From NCBI GenBank assembly GCA_049700215.1, contig JBNAVT010000002.1, forward strand, positions 41,981 through 105,980: a DNA stretch of 64,000 nucleotides, written 5' to 3'. Numbering within the stretch: the first letter of the stretch is position 1; each line of letters begins with the position of its first letter. Source of the DNA: Thermoproteota archaeon. GTDB taxonomy: Archaea; Thermoproteota; EX4484-205; JAAOZP01. Shown here one piece after another: positions 19,524-29,464 of this stretch. The notes below the pieces were generated by a model. The model was not told where the DNA came from, made no database searches, and saw only the letters and a program-made list of their open reading frames with translations. The position numbers and the translations under genes are program-made.

Positions 19524-22154
19524 ATGAACATATGCTCCATGGATTTTGGAAAATATGTTGCAGTATTGACCCTTCTAGCAACAGTAGCGCTTACCCAGCT
19601 GACGATGCCTGCTTTCGCTCAGCAAGTGCCAAACGGTGGTTGGCTGGATGAAATCGTTTTCTTCAAAGAAAGCGATGCAAGCAAGATGTTCGACATGATA
19701 GAGAAGGGTGAGGCGCATGAATGGCAGTGGACGGCCCCTGTAACTCTTATTGACAGGATAAAGGCTTCTGATAAGGTTGGATATGTTTCCTCATCAGGAA
19801 TCTTTTATGTGCTCGATGTGAATCCGTGTCCGTTTAGAAGCGGCTTTAACCCGTTTGTAAACGCGAAAATGAGAGAAGCGTTAAACTACATCGTGGATAG
19901 AGAGTATCTTGCTTACACCATTATGAAGGGTGCTGGGAGGCCGAAGTATACCATACTTGTCTCCAGTTTTCCGGATTATGGTCAGGTTATAGATGTTGCT
20001 AAAATAATTGAAAGCAAGTACAGGTTTAATCTCGATGCCGCTAAGGAGATAATCTACAAGGAAATGGCTGATATGGGGGCTGTTCTCAAAGATGGGAAAT
20101 GGTACTATGAAAACAAGGTTGTCACTATAAAATTCATCATAAGAATTGAAGATGCGAGGAGAGATATTGGTGATTTCATAGCTTCACAGCTTGAAAAGCT
20201 TGGTTTCATCGTAGACAGGCAGTATAAACCAGCATCGGAGGCCTTCCCCATTAGGTATGCTACTGACGCGCGCGATGGATTATGGCACCTCTACACCGGC
20301 GGGTATGAAGCAGGCTTCGACCAATCCGGAGACTTTTGGGGCTTCTTTGCAGGTGCCTACATAGAAACGGGTGCCGTCCATGACCCAGTCTTTTCAGAAA
20401 TTGCTAGAAGGCTTTCCACGGCTGACTATACTTCTTTAGAGGAGAAAATCAGCCTAATGAAGAAAGCATTGTTAATGTCGGTGGAAGACTCAACCTACGT
20501 CGGATTGGCTGACAGGCTTTCAATATTCATGGTTTCAAAGGATGTGGTGGCAGCATACCATCTTAGCGCCGGACCTTGGAGAATGCCGTGGAGCAGAACT
20601 GTTAGGCTTAAGGACAGAGTTGGCGGAACGATAAAAGTGGGTGAACAGGATCTTCTCGTAGAGGAGATGAATCCTGTTGCACTCGGCGGATGGGTCTGGG
20701 ATATGGCTGTCTACATGCCGACTCAAGACTACGGATTCATCGAGAATCCTTACACGGTTGCATTAATCCCATTGAGAGTTAAGGAGTACAGTGTTGAAGT
20801 GACTCAAGGAATCGCGATTAAACAAACGCCGGAAGTTAAAACGGTTGACCAAGTAAGAGTTCCTTCTGACGCTATTGCCGCATGGGATGCTGTAAACAAG
20901 AAGTATGTCAATGTCGGGGAGAACAAGTATGCTAAAGCCAAGGTGACTTTAGTGTACGACTCTCCCCTCGGTAAATATCACGATGGTACGGACATAACTT
21001 TAGCAGACTTCATGTTCTGGTTCGCCCTTTCCTTTGAAAGGACAAGTAGTTCCAGCAAGATTTACGACGAGTCTGCTGTACCCGGATTCATAGCCACAAT
21101 GCGGCAATTCATAGGTTTCAAAGTTATTCGTAGCAACCCGGTGACTGTGGAAGTCTATGTTAACATGACTCACGTCGAACCGACTCGTCTCGCTGACTGG
21201 GCTGCTCAACGCTTCACGCTATCGGGATTTCCGTACTTCCCGTGGCACGACCTTGCTGTTGCAATTCTCGCTAGACAGGATGGAAAGCTTGGTTTCAGCG
21301 CTCTTGAAGCTCGGTCTCTTGGATGTGAAAGAGTCAATTTCATGTATGGTCCAAGCATGGCAATACTAAACGAGTATCTTGATAAAGCGATAAAGGAAAA
21401 ATACGTGCCTGAATGGATAAAGGATTATGTTACTCCAGATGAAGCAGTGGCAAGATACCAGAAGCTTAAAGAGTTCTACAACAAATATAAGCACTTCTGG
21501 GTTGGTTGCGGGCCGTACTATTTATACTCCACTGATCCTGTGGGGAAGGTTGCGGTGTTAAAGGCTTTCAGAGAATACGTGTATAAGGCTGACAAATTTG
21601 ATTGGCTGCTAAAGTCATCTACTCCTGAAGCCTCTTTAAAGGTTCCTGAAAAGATTGTTCCAGGCATTGAGGCAAATATTACCGTAACCATCAGTTCAAT
21701 GGGAGAACCTTATCCAAGAAGCAATATAGAGAAGGTCATGTATCTCATAACAGATCCAGCAGGCAACATGCTTTTAAGCGGTATTGCGAGAGAAACTGCT
21801 ACCGAAGGACTTTACCAAATAAGGCTTAACGGGACTGAAACTTCAAAACTGCCTCCTGGCACGCATACGGTAACCGTATATGCGTTCAGCAATATTGTCG
21901 CAGTCCCGGGAAGTGGAGAAGCAACTATCGCAGTTATACCGCCTGCAAGCTACATAACGCTGGAGCTGAATAGGGTTAGGCAAGAGATGGAGGCCAGGCT
22001 GTCCGCAATAGAAGCCTTGAACACTCAGGTCTCCAATTTATCGTCTGAAGTAAACTCGTTAAAGAGTACTTTAAACATGGCTGTAGGGATAGGGGTTGTT
22101 GCGATAATAATTGCCGTAGTGGCAGTAGTCCTTAGTATTAGAAAGAAGCGATGA
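19524..22154 (+). CDS. ABC transporter substrate-binding protein, family 5 (oligopeptide/cello-oligosaccharide type), with C-terminal coiled coil and membrane anchor
   Basis: 876 aa. N-terminal signal peptide (VAVLTLLATVALTQLTMPAFA), family-5 SBP body, and a C-terminal segment ...LNTQVSNLSSEVNSLKSTLNMAVGIGVVAIIIAVVAVVLSIRKKR (coiled coil plus transmembrane anchor, as in archaeal SBPs). Confidence 0.85.
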   Translation: MNICSMDFGKYVAVLTLLATVALTQLTMPAFAQQVPNGGWLDEIVFFKESDASKMFDMIEKGEAHEWQWTAPVTLIDRIKASDKVGYVSSSGIFYVLDVNPCPFRSGFNPFVNAKMREALNYIVDREYLAYTIMKGAGRPKYTILVSSFPDYGQVIDVAKIIESKYRFNLDAAKEIIYKEMADMGAVLKDGKWYYENKVVTIKFIIRIEDARRDIGDFIASQLEKLGFIVDRQYKPASEAFPIRYATDARDGLWHLYTGGYEAGFDQSGDFWGFFAGAYIETGAVHDPVFSEIARRLSTADYTSLEEKISLMKKALLMSVEDSTYVGLADRLSIFMVSKDVVAAYHLSAGPWRMPWSRTVRLKDRVGGTIKVGEQDLLVEEMNPVALGGWVWDMAVYMPTQDYGFIENPYTVALIPLRVKEYSVEVTQGIAIKQTPEVKTVDQVRVPSDAIAAWDAVNKKYVNVGENKYAKAKVTLVYDSPLGKYHDGTDITLADFMFWFALSFERTSSSSKIYDESAVPGFIATMRQFIGFKVIRSNPVTVEVYVNMTHVEPTRLADWAAQRFTLSGFPYFPWHDLAVAILARQDGKLGFSALEARSLGCERVNFMYGPSMAILNEYLDKAIKEKYVPEWIKDYVTPDEAVARYQKLKEFYNKYKHFWVGCGPYYLYSTDPVGKVAVLKAFREYVYKADKFDWLLKSSTPEASLKVPEKIVPGIEANITVTISSMGEPYPRSNIEKVMYLITDPAGNMLLSGIARETATEGLYQIRLNGTETSKLPPGTHTVTVYAFSNIVAVPGSGEATIAVIPPASYITLELNRVRQEMEARLSAIEALNTQVSNLSSEVNSLKSTLNMAVGIGVVAIIIAVVAVVLSIRKKR

Positions 22155-22163
22155 AAAAGCAAG

Positions 22164-23270
22164 ATGAGTCCCTCCTCTTTTTCTGGCTTTTCTAGAAGTG
22201 AATTCGAAAGGTCTTTAATCTACTTTGTAAAAAGGCTTATTGCAATACTTATATCAGTAACGATAACGTGTTATCTGACCATACTCATAGCTGAAATGGG
22301 TGGGTTTGTAGATACTGTAGTAATATCCCAGCTGAAGGATGAGATTCGAAACATGGTTAGAACCAGCCTAGAATATGCTTCACTATCTCCACAGCAGCAG
22401 GAGGAGATAATGGCAATAAAGTTGAATCTAACCATAAAGGAACGGGGTCTGGACACACCTTTCTACGTAAGGTCACTCATATACCTTAAGAATGCTCTAA
22501 CATTAGATCTTGGCAGGGCGAACATACTTGTCAGCGACAGTGGTTCCAGAAGGGTGCAGGCAATAATATTTGAAAGGCTTCCTTACACTATTCTACTCTT
22601 CACAACAGCCACTGTTTTAGGCTTCTTCATAAACATATTATTCGGATTATACTTAGCTCGCCACAGAGGTTCCCTCATAGATAGGATCATGGTTGGGTTT
22701 ACATTCCTCTCATCCATACCCGGATGGTTTTACGGAATAATCTTCATAATGGTTTTTGCAATGTATCTCGGGGTTCTTCCTTACGGAGGTCTCGTCAGCA
22801 TCCCTCCTCCCAGTGACCCGCTGCTCTATGCACTGGACATTTTGAAACACGCTATTCTCCCGATTTTTTCATGGCTTTTCTCAGGACTTTGGCTCGGGGT
22901 CTATGCGAACCGGAACTTTTTTCTTATATTCTCAACACACGGGTATGTGACTGTTGCTGATGCGAAGGGGCTTCCGGAGAGAAGAATTCTTAGTAAATAC
23001 ATTATAAAGCCTGCTCTACCGACAATCGTCACGAACCTATCTCTAGGAATAATCGGTTCATGGATGGGTGCAATGGTTACTGAAAGCGTGTTCAACTGGC
23101 CCGGTATAGGAAGCCTAACTTACAGGGCTATAAACCTCAAGGACACGCCAATAATAGTCGGTACAACAGTTATCTATGCGTATCTTCTAGGTTTAACTAT
23201 GCTGATTCTTGATATAGTCTACAGTATTCTTGATCCGAGAATAAGAGCTAGCTTGTCAGGAGGGTATTGA
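22164..23270 (+). CDS. ABC transporter permease (DppB/OppB-like)
   Basis: 368 aa, 6 transmembrane segments, family-5 permease architecture, immediately downstream of the SBP. Confidence 0.85.
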   Translation: MSPSSFSGFSRSEFERSLIYFVKRLIAILISVTITCYLTILIAEMGGFVDTVVISQLKDEIRNMVRTSLEYASLSPQQQEEIMAIKLNLTIKERGLDTPFYVRSLIYLKNALTLDLGRANILVSDSGSRRVQAIIFERLPYTILLFTTATVLGFFINILFGLYLARHRGSLIDRIMVGFTFLSSIPGWFYGIIFIMVFAMYLGVLPYGGLVSIPPPSDPLLYALDILKHAILPIFSWLFSGLWLGVYANRNFFLIFSTHGYVTVADAKGLPERRILSKYIIKPALPTIVTNLSLGIIGSWMGAMVTESVFNWPGIGSLTYRAINLKDTPIIVGTTVIYAYLLGLTMLILDIVYSILDPRIRASLSGGY

Positions 23271-23271
23271 A

Positions 23272-24693
23272 TTGTCTAAAATCAAATCTGCATCAAGGCG
23301 TTACATGGTGTTAAGTGAACTATTTCGCTCCAAGAGTGCGATAATCGGGTTTTCTATAATAATTCTAGTTTCAATATTATCCGTTTATGCGGTGATCGTT
23401 TATCCTCCTTCTGTCGTCACTAGAATATGGAGTGATCCAGAGTATTGGAGAGATAAACCAGTATTAGCACTACCGGAATGGTATAGCTCCCTCTTAGGTC
23501 TCAACCTCCCTCCTAACATAGTTTTAGATACTAGGGAGCAAGATAGTAGGATCTTGAAATACACGGTTTCTTTGAACGAGCATACGGAGCATGAAATCAC
23601 GTTTACGTTTAACTATGATTATGACGCTTTTCCGAGTGAAATGAATGCTTATGTTCATGCTAAATTCAAAACGAATCCTTTAATTGTCATGACTTTTATT
23701 CGACCTGACGGGAGAGAAATAAACCTGTGGTCCGGCACTTTAACTCAGAATGAGAGTTTCATAATTTTGTCAAACTCTCCAATCGCTAAGAAAAATGTTC
23801 AAGAGTATTTTTTCAGTACTTTTGGGGAATACGTCTCTGATCCAACTACGGAAGTAATTTTATTCGCTGTGGAAAAACGAGGTATGGATAAACCGAACAC
23901 GGCTGAAATTCTTAAGAGTGCAGGTAAAAGTTACAAGATTAAGATATGTGGAACGTTCTTTGAAAAAGACTCTAACCTTGACGTCAAGCTTATAATCTAT
24001 GGTAAAATATGGGGAATGCTTGGAACAGACGATAGAAGAAGAGACCTACTAATACCTATAATATGGGGTGCCCCGATTGCCTTAAGCTTCGGGATATCTC
24101 TTTCAATTATAACGTCTTTGCTACACATGTCCTTAGGCTCGATCAGCGCTTGGTTCGGGGGGAAAGTGGACTTCATAATCCAGAAGATAACTGAAATCTA
24201 CATGACGGTGCCATTTCTATCAGTACTCGTGATGATCTCAATGTTCTACAAGGTCAGTATAGTTGCCATATTTATTTCTGTAATAATTCTCAGCCTATTT
24301 GGCGGCGGTGTGAAGAGTTCGAGAGCTCTTGCTTTGCAGCTTAAGCAGCAACCCTTCGTAGAGGCTGCAAAAGTCTACGGGGCTAGCGGGCTTCGAATAG
24401 TCTTAAGATACATAATTTTCGCTATGGCTCCAACACTTGTACCCGGAATTATATCCTCCATACCAGGGTTTGTATTCTTAGAGGCTGCCCTAGCCTTCCT
24501 CGGATTAGGAGACCCGGTTCTTCCGACATGGGGTAAAACTATTAACGAAGCGAATTCAGCAGGTGCTTTGTACAACTTTTACTGGTGGTGGATATTGCCT
24601 CCTGTCATAATGCTTGTCTCAATATCCTTGGCTTTTTCTTTAATAGGTTATTCCCTTGATAAAATTGTAAATCCCAAGCTGAGAGAAATATAG
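23272..24693 (+). CDS. ABC transporter permease (DppC/OppC-like) with large N-terminal extracytoplasmic domain
   Basis: 473 aa. N-terminal transmembrane segment, ~200-aa loop, then a permease core. Confidence 0.85.
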   Translation: MSKIKSASRRYMVLSELFRSKSAIIGFSIIILVSILSVYAVIVYPPSVVTRIWSDPEYWRDKPVLALPEWYSSLLGLNLPPNIVLDTREQDSRILKYTVSLNEHTEHEITFTFNYDYDAFPSEMNAYVHAKFKTNPLIVMTFIRPDGREINLWSGTLTQNESFIILSNSPIAKKNVQEYFFSTFGEYVSDPTTEVILFAVEKRGMDKPNTAEILKSAGKSYKIKICGTFFEKDSNLDVKLIIYGKIWGMLGTDDRRRDLLIPIIWGAPIALSFGISLSIITSLLHMSLGSISAWFGGKVDFIIQKITEIYMTVPFLSVLVMISMFYKVSIVAIFISVIILSLFGGGVKSSRALALQLKQQPFVEAAKVYGASGLRIVLRYIIFAMAPTLVPGIISSIPGFVFLEAALAFLGLGDPVLPTWGKTINEANSAGALYNFYWWWILPPVIMLVSISLAFSLIGYSLDKIVNPKLREI

Positions 24694-24695
24694 CT

Positions 24696-25697
24696 TTAGA
24701 CTACTCCTTTAGAGTTTTTCTGGCTGTAGAGCCAGCATTTGACTTTATGGAGTTCAGACACCTCTACTTCAGGAGGCTCCTCTCTCCTGCAAACATTCAT
24801 GGCGTGTGGGCACCTCGGGTGAAACCTGCAACCAGGTGGGGGATCAAGAAGACTCGGAGGCTCTCCTGGAGGTGTTTTCCTACGTCTTTTCACGTTTAAA
24901 GGATCCAAGTCTGGAATGGCTTCGAACAAGGCTTTTGTGTAAGGATGTAACGGTTCTCTTAAAATCGTCTGTGTATCTGCTTTTTCAACAATATGGCCTC
25001 CATACATTATGAATATTTTATCTGAAAAATATCTGGTGGTGGACAAGTCATGAGTAATATATATAAAGCTTATTTTCTTGTTCTCCTGAAGCTCTCTCAG
25101 TAAAGTCAATATCTCAATCCTTACAGATGCGTCCAGCATAGAAACAGGTTCATCTGCGACGATTAATTCGGGCTGGAGTATGAGAGCTCTTGCAATAGCT
25201 ACTCTCTGCGCTTGGCCTCCGCTTATCATATGGGGATACTTTGGCAAGAAATCTTCAGCAGGTAAAAGCCTGACGTTTTCAAGCGCTTTATAAACCATCT
25301 CACCCCTACTTCTTTCATCACTGATCTTATGGATTTTCAAGGGTTCTTCAAGTATTTCTCGTATCGTTAAGAAGTATGGGAGGCTTCCGAATGGGTCTTG
25401 CTGAATCAACTGTGCCGCCCTCCTGTACCACATAAGGTTTTTTGCATCCAAGTGAGTTATGTCTTTACCGTTAAATACTAAAGTCCCCTGTGTCGGCTTG
25501 TAAAGTCTGAGTATAGTTTTGCCTAAAGTAGTTTTTCCGCTTCCAGATTCGCCTACAAGCGATACTGCCTCCCCCCTACTGAGTTTGAAGTTGACCCCGT
25601 CAACAGCCTTCACTGCCAGGGATTTGGAGAATAAGCCACGTTTGATTTCAAAGTATTTCCGTAGATCTATCACTTTTAACAGGGCATCGTCCATCAA
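24696..25697 (-). CDS. ABC transporter ATP-binding protein (OppF/DppF-like) with C-terminal oligopeptide-type extension
   Basis: 333 aa. Walker A GESGSGKTT, signature [15 protein letters not shown], Walker B LIVADEP. The C-terminal 56 aa are identical to the neighbouring ATPase. Confidence 0.9.
   Translation of the reverse strand: MMDDALLKVIDLRKYFEIKRGLFSKSLAVKAVDGVNFKLSRGEAVSLVGESGSGKTTLGKTILRLYKPTQGTLVFNGKDITHLDAKNLMWYRRAAQLIQQDPFGSLPYFLTIREILEEPLKIHKISDERSRGEMVYKALENVRLLPAEDFLPKYPHMISGGQAQRVAIARALILQPELIVADEPVSMLDASVRIEILTLLRELQENKKISFIYITHDLSTTRYFSDKIFIMYGGHIVEKADTQTILREPLHPYTKALFEAIPDLDPLNVKRRRKTPPGEPPSLLDPPPGCRFHPRCPHAMNVCRREEPPEVEVSELHKVKCWLYSQKNSKGVV
24703..24870. repeat. 168-bp exact direct repeat, copy 1, encoding the C-terminus of ATPase 24696..25697
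   Basis: actcctttagagtttttctggctgtagagccagcatttgac...ggaggctctcctgga is identical base-for-base to 25708..25875. Confidence 0.9.
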
Positions 25698-26683
25698 CTA
25701 TCAGCCACTCCTTTAGAGTTTTTCTGGCTGTAGAGCCAGCATTTGACTTTATGGAGTTCAGACACCTCTACTTCAGGAGGCTCCTCTCTCCTGCAAACAT
25801 TCATGGCGTGTGGGCACCTCGGGTGAAACCTGCAACCAGGTGGGGGATCAAGAAGACTCGGAGGCTCTCCTGGAATATGACCGAGCTTCTTGGTGGAGCG
25901 TAATGTAGGTACACTTGCCAAGAGTAATTTAGCATATGGGTGTAGAGGCTCGCTTAGAAAAGCTTCAAGGCTCGTTAACTCTACTATTTTTCCTGCATAC
26001 ATTATGGCGATCCTGTCAGAAAGCTCCGTGCTCAGCGCAATATCGTGCGTAATAAATATGTAGCTGATTTTAAGCTCAGACTTTATATCCTTCAATATGT
26101 TCATTATGTTCGCCTGAGTTATAACATCTAAGGCTGAAGTCGGTTCGTCGAGAATAACTATTTCTGGATGCGTTATCAAAGCCATTGCTATTAAAACCCT
26201 TTGCTGCATGCCTCCACTAAGCTCGAAAGGATACCTGTCTATAAAAGAACTGCTTATTCCGACAAGCGATAGAAGTTCCGATGCTTTTTCAATTGCGTCT
26301 TTTTCAGGAATACCTTTATGGATCATAAGTGGTTCTGCTACCTGTTCCCCTACTTTAAGCAAAGGATTTAAGGAGTCCATCGCTCCCTGAAAAACGATCG
26401 ACACTTTCTTCCATCTGATTTTTTTCTTAAAATCATCATCTCTCAGACTCATAATATCCATACCATCGATAAATATGCTTCCCTCATACTTTGCTATATT
26501 CTTTGGGAGCAACCTCATTAGGGCTCTAGCCAGAGAGCTTTTACCACATCCGGATTCTCCAACTAAAGAAACTGTTTCTCCTTTCCTAAGGTTAAAACTT
26601 ATATCATCTACAGCTTTCACTGTTCCTTTTCTAGTACTATAATATAGATAAAGCCTTTTTACCTCCATTAATGAGTCCAACAT
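25694..26683 (-). CDS. ABC transporter ATP-binding protein (OppD/DppD-like)
   Basis: 329 aa. Walker A GESGCGKSS, signature LSGGMQQRVLIAMAL, Walker B IVILDEP. Overlaps the downstream ATPase gene by 4 nt. Confidence 0.9.
   Translation of the reverse strand: MLDSLMEVKRLYLYYSTRKGTVKAVDDISFNLRKGETVSLVGESGCGKSSLARALMRLLPKNIAKYEGSIFIDGMDIMSLRDDDFKKKIRWKKVSIVFQGAMDSLNPLLKVGEQVAEPLMIHKGIPEKDAIEKASELLSLVGISSSFIDRYPFELSGGMQQRVLIAMALITHPEIVILDEPTSALDVITQANIMNILKDIKSELKISYIFITHDIALSTELSDRIAIMYAGKIVELTSLEAFLSEPLHPYAKLLLASVPTLRSTKKLGHIPGEPPSLLDPPPGCRFHPRCPHAMNVCRREEPPEVEVSELHKVKCWLYSQKNSKGVADS
25708..25875. repeat. 168-bp exact direct repeat, copy 2, encoding the C-terminus of ATPase 25694..26683
   Basis: Identical to 24703..24870. 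Flanking bases differ on both sides. Confidence 0.9.
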
Positions 26684-26714
26684 TCTTCCTACCTTGTATG
26701 AAAACTACTGTTTT

Positions 26715-26735
26715 CCAGCTTTTTATAAATTTTTA
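26715..26735 (-). promoter_or_regulatory. Putative BRE/TATA promoter for the convergent ABC ATPase gene pair
   Basis: The minus strand reads aaaaatttataaaaagc ~40 nt upstream of the ATG at 26683. Confidence 0.45.
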
Positions 26736-26850
26736 GAAGAGATGTATAAATGCTAAGCTTAATCTGCAATACCGTTTATACGGTTTTGCGATAGACTTAG
26801 TAGTCATGAATGTCGAGAATCCTTGTTTATTTTCTAGACGAGCTAACTTA

Positions 26851-27685
26851 GAGCATGTTTCAAAACCCCTTCTTCCTCCCATTCGCCCGCTTGTAGCATA
26901 TCAGCGCGCACGCCAAGTTCAGGAACGCCTGGTATGTACACTGCAACCTCTCGTACCTGACCTTGAGCCTCCGGTACTGGTTGATCCACGCCTGCGCCCT
27001 CTCCACAGGCCAGAGCTTCCTATACCTCCTCGGCCTCCGCCTCCTGTTCAGCAGGGGGATTATGCCCCTCTTCCTTAGTTCCCTCCTCAGCGGCTCCGAG
27101 TCGTACGCCTTGTCTCCCTTGAGCTTTAGCGGCCTTCCCACTCCATGCCTTATCGGAGGTATCGCGTCGACCAGCCTCAGGGCTACTGTAGAGTCGTGCG
27201 CGTTCGCTCCTGTAACTATTGCAGCGAGAGGGAGCCCCCTCGAGTTGGCTATGACGTGCCTCTTCGTGCCGTTCTTGGCCCTGTCCGTCGGATTGGGGCC
27301 TGTCGAGCGCCCCCTTTTAGAGCCTGCACAGGAGAGCTGTCTATCATCGCAAGCCTCATGCTTGGCTCGGCCCTATCGAGCATCTCCTTCCAGACCCTCT
27401 TCCATATGCCCTTTCGCTGCCATTCTCTAAGCCTCCTCCAGCAGCTAGGTCCGGAACTGTACTCCTTTGGGAGGGCATTCCAGGGGCAGCCGTTTAAGAG
27501 CACGTAGAGTATTCCGAGCATCGCTGTCCTGTTCGGCACAGGTGGCCTGCCGGGTGTTCCAGGGGGCTTCTGCTTCGGAAGCATGGGTTCTATTATCTCC
27601 CAAAGATCGTCCGTCAGAACCTTCTCGGGTCTAGCCATGGGGAGAGGAGGTCAGAAGGCTTGGATAAGGGTTTTGAAACACGCTC
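26851..27685 (-). mobile_element. IS5-family insertion sequence (IS427/IS1031-like), ~835 bp, with imperfect terminal inverted repeats and TTA target duplication
   Basis: Left end gagcatgtttcaaaaccc versus reverse complement of right end gagcgtgtttcaaaaccc (17/18). Flanking TTA at 26848-26850 and 27686-27688. Encodes a two-frame IS5-type transposase. Confidence 0.75.
26860..27638 (-). CDS. IS5-family DDE transposase, orfA/orfB in two frames (programmed -1 frameshift type, or inactivated)
   Basis: orfA 27249..27638 reads LTDDLWEIIEPMLP...NRTAMLGILYVLLNGCPWNALPKEY...CWRRLREWQRKGIWKRVW (DUF4096/IS5 N-terminus). orfB 26860..27141 plus upstream extension reads ...GRPLKLKGDKAYDSEPLRRELRKRGIIPLL (IS5 C-terminal DDE region). 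Confidence 0.75.
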
Positions 27686-27690
27686 TTAGT

Positions 27691-28122
27691 TTAAGTCTGC
27701 ATATAAAACTGCTCTTTAAAAAGCCTTATTTTCTTGAAACACTCTTCCTCCTCGCCGCAGTCTGCAACAAGCTTTTCAAACGGGCAGACATCGTTCTTCA
27801 TCCTGTTTAGGATTTCGGGAACAAGTTTATCATACTCGACGCTTATACTCTTCTCCTTCAAAGCGGCTAAGCCCTTCCTACTTACTACTTCCGCGTACAC
27901 TTCAGCAATATTAGCACGCCGGCAGAGCATTGCTGCTGCTCTGCCAACAACCCTGTCGGCAACAGCAGCCCCTGATAACTCTACACCATGGTTTTCAATA
28001 GCTTCAACAAGCCCCACGACGCCGTATTTCCTAGTCGCATGGATGAAAGCTCCTTGCTTAACTATAACTAGGCTGAAACCACCGTTTTTCAAAATCCTCT
28101 TAGCCGTCTCCAAGCCATTCAT
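27691..28122 (-). CDS. Hypothetical protein (possibly DUF1893-like)
   Basis: 143-aa ORF. ...DRVVGRAAAMLC... segment. The stop lies 5 bp from the IS right end. Family assignment is tentative. Confidence 0.4.
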   Translation of the reverse strand: MNGLETAKRILKNGGFSLVIVKQGAFIHATRKYGVVGLVEAIENHGVELSGAAVADRVVGRAAAMLCRRANIAEVYAEVVSRKGLAALKEKSISVEYDKLVPEILNRMKNDVCPFEKLVADCGEEEECFKKIRLFKEQFYMQT

Positions 28123-28251
28123 TTCCTCGCAGCCGTATTGTGTCTGCCAAGAGTTATATAAGCCTGTTGTTCTATTTTGGTCTCGTGTTTTGGGAACTAT
28201 TTCTGCAGCGCCTTAGTAAAATTTTTAAGTCTACCATCCTACGCACGGCTT

Positions 28252-29397
28252 ATGAAGTATAGGCGATTCGGGAAACTGGACTGGCAGGTGTCCGCCCTAG
28301 GCTTCGGATGCATGAGGCTCCCTATAATAGGCAACGATCATTCTAAGGTTGATGAGCCTGAGGCCATCAGGATGATAAGGTACGCTATAGACCATGGTGT
28401 CAACTATGTTGACACCGCGTACCCGTATCACGGGGGGAATGGTGAGATCGTCGTCGGCAAGGCTTTAAAGGATGGCTACAGGGAGAGGATTAGGCTCGCA
28501 ACCAAGATGCCTATCTGGAATATTAATTCTAGGGAGGATATGGACAGGATCTTCGAGGAGCAGCTTAAGAAGCTTCAGACGGAATACGTGGATTTTTACC
28601 TTCTCCACGCCCTGAATAAAGACACTTGGCTTAAGATTAAAAACCTGAATGTTTTCGACTGGGCTGAAAGGGTTGTTTCCGAGGACAGGATAAAGTATCT
28701 TGGCTTCAGCTTCCACGACGACTACGAGGTTTTCAAGGAGATTATAGACGCGTATGACAAATGGACCCTTTGCCAAATACAGTATAACTATGAGAATGAG
28801 GATGTTCAAGCCGGGACAAGGGGGTTGAAATACGCTGCTGGGAAAGGGCTTGCCGTGGTTATAATGGAGCCTCTTTTAGGAGGGGCTTTAGCCAATCCGC
28901 CCCCTGCTGTTAAGCAGATCTGGGATGAGGCTGGTAAGGATCCTGTGGAGATGGCGCTGCAGTGGCTTTGGAACAAGCCTGAGGTCTCAGTGGTCCTAAG
29001 CGGCATGAGCACGATGGAGCAGGTTAAGCGAAACATTGAGTTTGCCTCAAGATCAGGTGTCGGGCTGCTTACTGACGAGGATCTTAAGCTTATAGCTAGA
29101 GTACACGTGAAGTACAGGGAGCTCCGCCCGATTCCTTGCACGAGATGCGGCTACTGCATGCCGTGTCCGAACGGCGTTGATATCCCTGAGAACTTTGAGG
29201 TTTACAATCATGGTGTAGCGTATAGCACGATTGGCGCAGCCCGATGGATTTACAACAATAATATTCCTGCTGAGAGGCGGGCGAGCGCATGCGTGGGATG
29301 CAGGACCTGCGAGGAGAAGTGTCCCCAGAAGATTAAGATCAGCGAATGGATGCAGAGGATCGATAAGGAATTAAGATTCCAGCCGCCTGGAACGTGA
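28252..29397 (+). CDS. Aldo/keto reductase fused to C-terminal 4Fe-4S ferredoxin-type domain
   Basis: AKR N-terminus MKYRRFGKLDWQVSALGFGCMRL...NYVDTAYPYHGG. C-terminal CTRCGYCMPCPNG...CVGCRTCEEKCP gives two Cys clusters. The start was set at the internal ATG at 28252. Confidence 0.8.
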   Translation: MKYRRFGKLDWQVSALGFGCMRLPIIGNDHSKVDEPEAIRMIRYAIDHGVNYVDTAYPYHGGNGEIVVGKALKDGYRERIRLATKMPIWNINSREDMDRIFEEQLKKLQTEYVDFYLLHALNKDTWLKIKNLNVFDWAERVVSEDRIKYLGFSFHDDYEVFKEIIDAYDKWTLCQIQYNYENEDVQAGTRGLKYAAGKGLAVVIMEPLLGGALANPPPAVKQIWDEAGKDPVEMALQWLWNKPEVSVVLSGMSTMEQVKRNIEFASRSGVGLLTDEDLKLIARVHVKYRELRPIPCTRCGYCMPCPNGVDIPENFEVYNHGVAYSTIGAARWIYNNNIPAERRASACVGCRTCEEKCPQKIKISEWMQRIDKELRFQPPGT

Positions 29398-29464
29398 CGC
29401 TTTAAAACCTGAAACCGGCATCCGGTGCAGTTTATATATTGCCCAGGGTTTTCAATACTGCGAC

